Part shown: positions 29,060 to 32,000 of the stretch, piece after piece
Layout: each line of letters starts with the position of its first letter
How positions within the stretch are numbered: position 1 is the first letter of the stretch
Source of the DNA: Sulfolobus acidocaldarius DSM 639
Lineage (GTDB): Archaea > Thermoproteota > Thermoprotei_A > Sulfolobales > Sulfolobaceae
Direction: 5' to 3'
DNA: 32,000 nucleotides
Assembly: GCF_000012285.1 (NCBI RefSeq)
Contig: NC_007181.1
Coordinates: 360,001-392,000, forward strand
The notes under the pieces: model-generated
Seen by the model: the letters and a program-made list of their open reading frames with translations, nothing else
Database searches by the model: none
Told to the model about the DNA's origin: nothing
Program-made: the position numbers and the translations under genes

Positions 29060-29566
29060 ATGGAAATAACCGAGGATAGTAAGAGGAAAATCAATTATCA
29101 AATCAGGCTTGCGACATTATCAGACATAGACCAAATAATTAGGATAAATAGATCTGCACTACCCGAAAATTATCCATATTATTTTTTTGTTGAACATTTA
29201 AAGGAATATGGACAGGCATTTTATGTAGCTGACCTAGAAGGTGAAGTTGTTGGTTATGTCATGCCGAGAATAGAATGGGGATTTAGTAATCTTAAACACA
29301 TTCCGTCTCTAGTTAGAAAAGGTCATATAGTGTCTATTGCTGTTCTTGAACCCTTCAGAAAGATAGGTGTCGGCACATCACTTTTACAAAACTCTCTCAA
29401 AGCCATGAAAGATACATATAATGCTGAGGAAGTATATCTAGAAGTAAGAGTTACAAACTATCCTGCAATATCACTGTACAAGAAATTCAATTTCAGAGAA
29501 GTTAAACTCCTTAAACACTATTATGCAGACGGAGAAGATGCATACTTAATGGCTGCTCCTCTTTAA
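29060..29566 (+). CDS. GNAT N-alpha-acetyltransferase (Ard1/RimI-like)
   Basis: INRSALPENYPYYFF, VSIAVLEPFRKIGVGTSLL acetyl-CoA motif, VTNYPAISLYKKFNF. Confidence 0.9.
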   Translation: MEITEDSKRKINYQIRLATLSDIDQIIRINRSALPENYPYYFFVEHLKEYGQAFYVADLEGEVVGYVMPRIEWGFSNLKHIPSLVRKGHIVSIAVLEPFRKIGVGTSLLQNSLKAMKDTYNAEEVYLEVRVTNYPAISLYKKFNFREVKLLKHYYADGEDAYLMAAPL

Positions 29567-30019
29567 AATAATCTCGTTCATATTAGAATCGTAAATAACA
29601 TAGTACCCTTTTTCTCCGCTTCCAATAGATACTATTTTAGTTAAACCTAGATTGTATATCTTCTGAACTTCAGAATGACCATGAAATACAATCTTTGGGC
29701 TATTTGTGAGTATTTGGTTTCTAACTATCAACGATCCATACTCTAATCTAGGAGGAAAATGTGTAATAGTTATATTCGAAAAGTTAGTACTAAAAGTAAG
29801 GAAAGAAGACTCTATTAATTTACCTGTATTTTTCAAATACTTCATTGTAGTTATGTTGTCCATCTCCCCTAAAATACCATAAAAATCTCTTAAAAATTGT
29901 GGACACTCCACGTCACCTAAACCAACAACATAGTCCACATTCAAACTGTTTATTTTCTCTATCAGGGAATTTTCACACGGAAGTCTGGTTATAAGTGCCA
30001 TTATCGCCATAAAGAACAC
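29546..30019 (-). CDS. YfcE-like metallophosphoesterase-family protein lacking the N-terminal DxH motif
   Basis: YVVGLGDVECPQFL, ILGEMDNITTM, ITHFPP, VFHGHSEVQKI; GTG start at 30019 with no SDxH segment. Confidence 0.6.
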   Translation of the reverse strand: MFFMAIMALITRLPCENSLIEKINSLNVDYVVGLGDVECPQFLRDFYGILGEMDNITTMKYLKNTGKLIESSFLTFSTNFSNITITHFPPRLEYGSLIVRNQILTNSPKIVFHGHSEVQKIYNLGLTKIVSIGSGEKGYYVIYDSNMNEIILKRSSH

Positions 30020-30845
30020 CCAGTTCGTGAATAGCTATACCTACTGCAACTATATCTGCCGTAGAGCCAGGATTATATCCCCTAGAGACCAAATATTCAT
30101 CTAAAATACTCACCAATTTTTCATTACTCAAACATTGGCAAGCCAGTTTTGATACTTCCATTGCTATTCTTCCACCGTTTCTCCTAAATATTAACCCATC
30201 TGGTAATTCACATAAAACCTTTAAAAATCCCAATAGAATCCCTCTATCATACCCCTCCTGCTCAACAAGTTTTGCAACCCATAGAGAATATTTGTAGCCA
30301 TCCAACATATTTCTAACTGCACTATCAAAGGCTGATATCTTGAGAATTTCAAATAGGGAAAGATTATCATCTTGCTCTCTATAATCATATGCCCTATCTA
30401 ATTTACCCAAATAGCTTGGTTGCAATGTTTCCAGAGTCATCTTAAAATACCTAGATTCAATACTATCCAATGACCTAATTAGCTGTGTTGCTCTAAAAAT
30501 AAGTTGACCAATGGAGTCAGCTGAAGAGGAAGAATATGCTAAGGGTAGAAGTTGCATAGCAGTACCTAATATGGAAAAATTAACTTGCAGTGTTTTACTA
30601 ATTTTAGCCATCATGTACAAAAGATCATACAATGGCTTTTCCTGTGAGCTACCCCTTATACAAGCGGTTTTATAATAATTTGTTGAAAGTAATGCAGACT
30701 GTACAAGGTCCGAGAACTTGACACCTTTAATATCTCTTGTTCTTGAAGCGTTTCCAGGTTTGTAATATGATGCTTCTAAGACAGTGGCGTTAGAAAGGAT
30801 AAATGCTACTTTCTCACAATATTCTCCTAACTCTCCCTCCAACAT
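29973..30845 (-). CDS. CitG/MdcB-family (triphosphoribosyl-dephospho-CoA synthase-like) protein
   Basis: ATVLEASYYKPGNASRTRD and RGYNPGSTADIVAVGIAIHEL motifs of the CitG family. Confidence 0.75.
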   Translation of the reverse strand: MLEGELGEYCEKVAFILSNATVLEASYYKPGNASRTRDIKGVKFSDLVQSALLSTNYYKTACIRGSSQEKPLYDLLYMMAKISKTLQVNFSILGTAMQLLPLAYSSSSADSIGQLIFRATQLIRSLDSIESRYFKMTLETLQPSYLGKLDRAYDYREQDDNLSLFEILKISAFDSAVRNMLDGYKYSLWVAKLVEQEGYDRGILLGFLKVLCELPDGLIFRRNGGRIAMEVSKLACQCLSNEKLVSILDEYLVSRGYNPGSTADIVAVGIAIHELGVLYGDNGTYNQTSV

Positions 30846-31728
30846 TTCTATCGCCCACTATTACTTGACTGGAATTTTCACATTTCACAAGTAAGCCATC
30901 AACTTCTATTTTTCTCGAGGAGTATAATAGATAAGAATATATGCCCTCATATGAAACTAAATTGTCTACTTTTTCATCGCCTTCCACATGATACAGACTC
31001 ACTTTAGAAGGGTAAAATAATGCTTTACAATCAGGTTCTATTTCAGCCTTAATTTTAACTCTTTTATGAGTAGGAATGCACACATCTTCACAATATCTTT
31101 GAGGTTTATCATCTACAAATAAAATAGAATATTTTACGTTATTGTAATATTTGCCCCTAATTTTTCTAGTATATAATTTTTTAACTAAGTCTAATTCTAA
31201 GCCGTAATTCTTACTGGTTTCATAGATCCATTCCTCATCGTCATTGAAACCTTCAAAACTCTCAATCACATTCAATGATTCTTTGCATCCATATATTACG
31301 ATATCTAGATCAGAGAGTTCATGATAGGTGTTTGTAAGTAAACTGCCAGAGACTCCTAACCTAGATGTATGAATGTACTGAATTATTTCGAGGAGTGTAA
31401 GCTCTTGCTTACTCTGTGAGGGATGCTTTATTATTTCCCTTATTTTCTCTTCAGGCTTGAGGTGATTAGAAATTGCTGATTTTCTTAGTACGGGAAAGCT
31501 AACACCATAACAGCACTCATGGATAAACTCCTGCTTTACTTTTAGGACGTTATGAATCCCATAATATTTTAAAGCTCTCTCATATCCTTTCCATAATCCC
31601 TTACCAGTAAAAACGTACTTTAATATCGCGTAAATATATCCAAAGGGATTAATATTACTGTACACGTAGTATATGTTGTTATCCCTGTCTAGTACTAGAT
31701 CCTTGTCAAGGAAATAATCTCTTCCCAT
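30814..31728 (-). CDS. Predicted nucleotidyltransferase (Pol-beta superfamily), 304 aa
   Basis: GVSGSLLTNTYHELSDLDIVIYG: GS-x(n)-DxD signature. Confidence 0.65.
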   Translation of the reverse strand: MGRDYFLDKDLVLDRDNNIYYVYSNINPFGYIYAILKYVFTGKGLWKGYERALKYYGIHNVLKVKQEFIHECCYGVSFPVLRKSAISNHLKPEEKIREIIKHPSQSKQELTLLEIIQYIHTSRLGVSGSLLTNTYHELSDLDIVIYGCKESLNVIESFEGFNDDEEWIYETSKNYGLELDLVKKLYTRKIRGKYYNNVKYSILFVDDKPQRYCEDVCIPTHKRVKIKAEIEPDCKALFYPSKVSLYHVEGDEKVDNLVSYEGIYSYLLYSSRKIEVDGLLVKCENSSQVIVGDRNVGGRVRRIL

Positions 31729-32000
31729 CCCTTTAGCCTCACATGTGATAATGGAGTACCTGCACTTTTAAGGAAATCTATATATTTCCTGTAGATTCCA
31801 CCATAGAGAGAATTTGCTATATAAGCTGAACCTATGGCTGATTCTTTGAAAGGGAAAGAAAATTTCTTACCAAAATCTACATCCCACTTTCTCCTGCCAG
31901 AAACTATTATTGGGAGATCATATTTAGATGAATACCATTCAGAAATTATCCTGATTATTTCTACTCCTCTTTCCCAGTTACCTCCTGAATAAATTGTCTC
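31695..32000 (-). CDS. 3' part of an unidentified protein continuing beyond the window (not in the supplied track)
   Basis: Open frame ...ETIYSGGNWERGVEIIRIISEWYSSKYDLPIIVSGRRKWDVDFGKKFSFPFKESAIGSAYIANSLYGGIYRKYIDFLKSAGTPLSHVRLKGWEEIISLTRI*, overlapping the next gene by 34 nt. Confidence 0.5.
   Translation of the reverse strand, partial: ETIYSGGNWERGVEIIRIISEWYSSKYDLPIIVSGRRKWDVDFGKKFSFPFKESAIGSAYIANSLYGGIYRKYIDFLKSAGTPLSHVRLKGWEEIISLTRI

Overview
The window looks like ordinary chromosome from a Sulfolobus-type thermoacidophilic archaeon, most like S. acidocaldarius. This is judged from recognisable proteins: an Agl3-type UDP-sulfoquinovose synthase, Zn-containing ferredoxin, a CdvB1-like ESCRT-III protein, TmcA, and AT-rich leaderless promoters. 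I see no CRISPR array, transposase, rRNA or clear prophage. Other identifiable content includes sugar nucleotide and glycosylation genes, GGT, MazG, a CtaA-like protein, an APC permease, M50 and rhomboid membrane proteases, Mrp/NBP35, trpS, AlaX, CobD-like, CoaBC, an Ard1-type acetyltransferase, a CitG-like operon and tRNA-His(GTG). The items most worth follow-up are: (1) a NurA-like nuclease, HerA-like ATPase and pcm cassette whose start region overlaps head-to-head with a divergent HTH-ThiN regulator; (2) a C/D-box sRNA candidate whose D' box contains the tmcA stop codon, and a second, weaker intergenic candidate; (3) a perfect 15-bp inverted repeat around the APC permease promoter; (4) an operon of overlapping genes encoding a metallophosphoesterase-like protein lacking motif I, a CitG-like protein, a nucleotidyltransferase and an unknown protein; (5) a protein made of three tandem HTH units; (6) three small ORFs missing from the supplied track.
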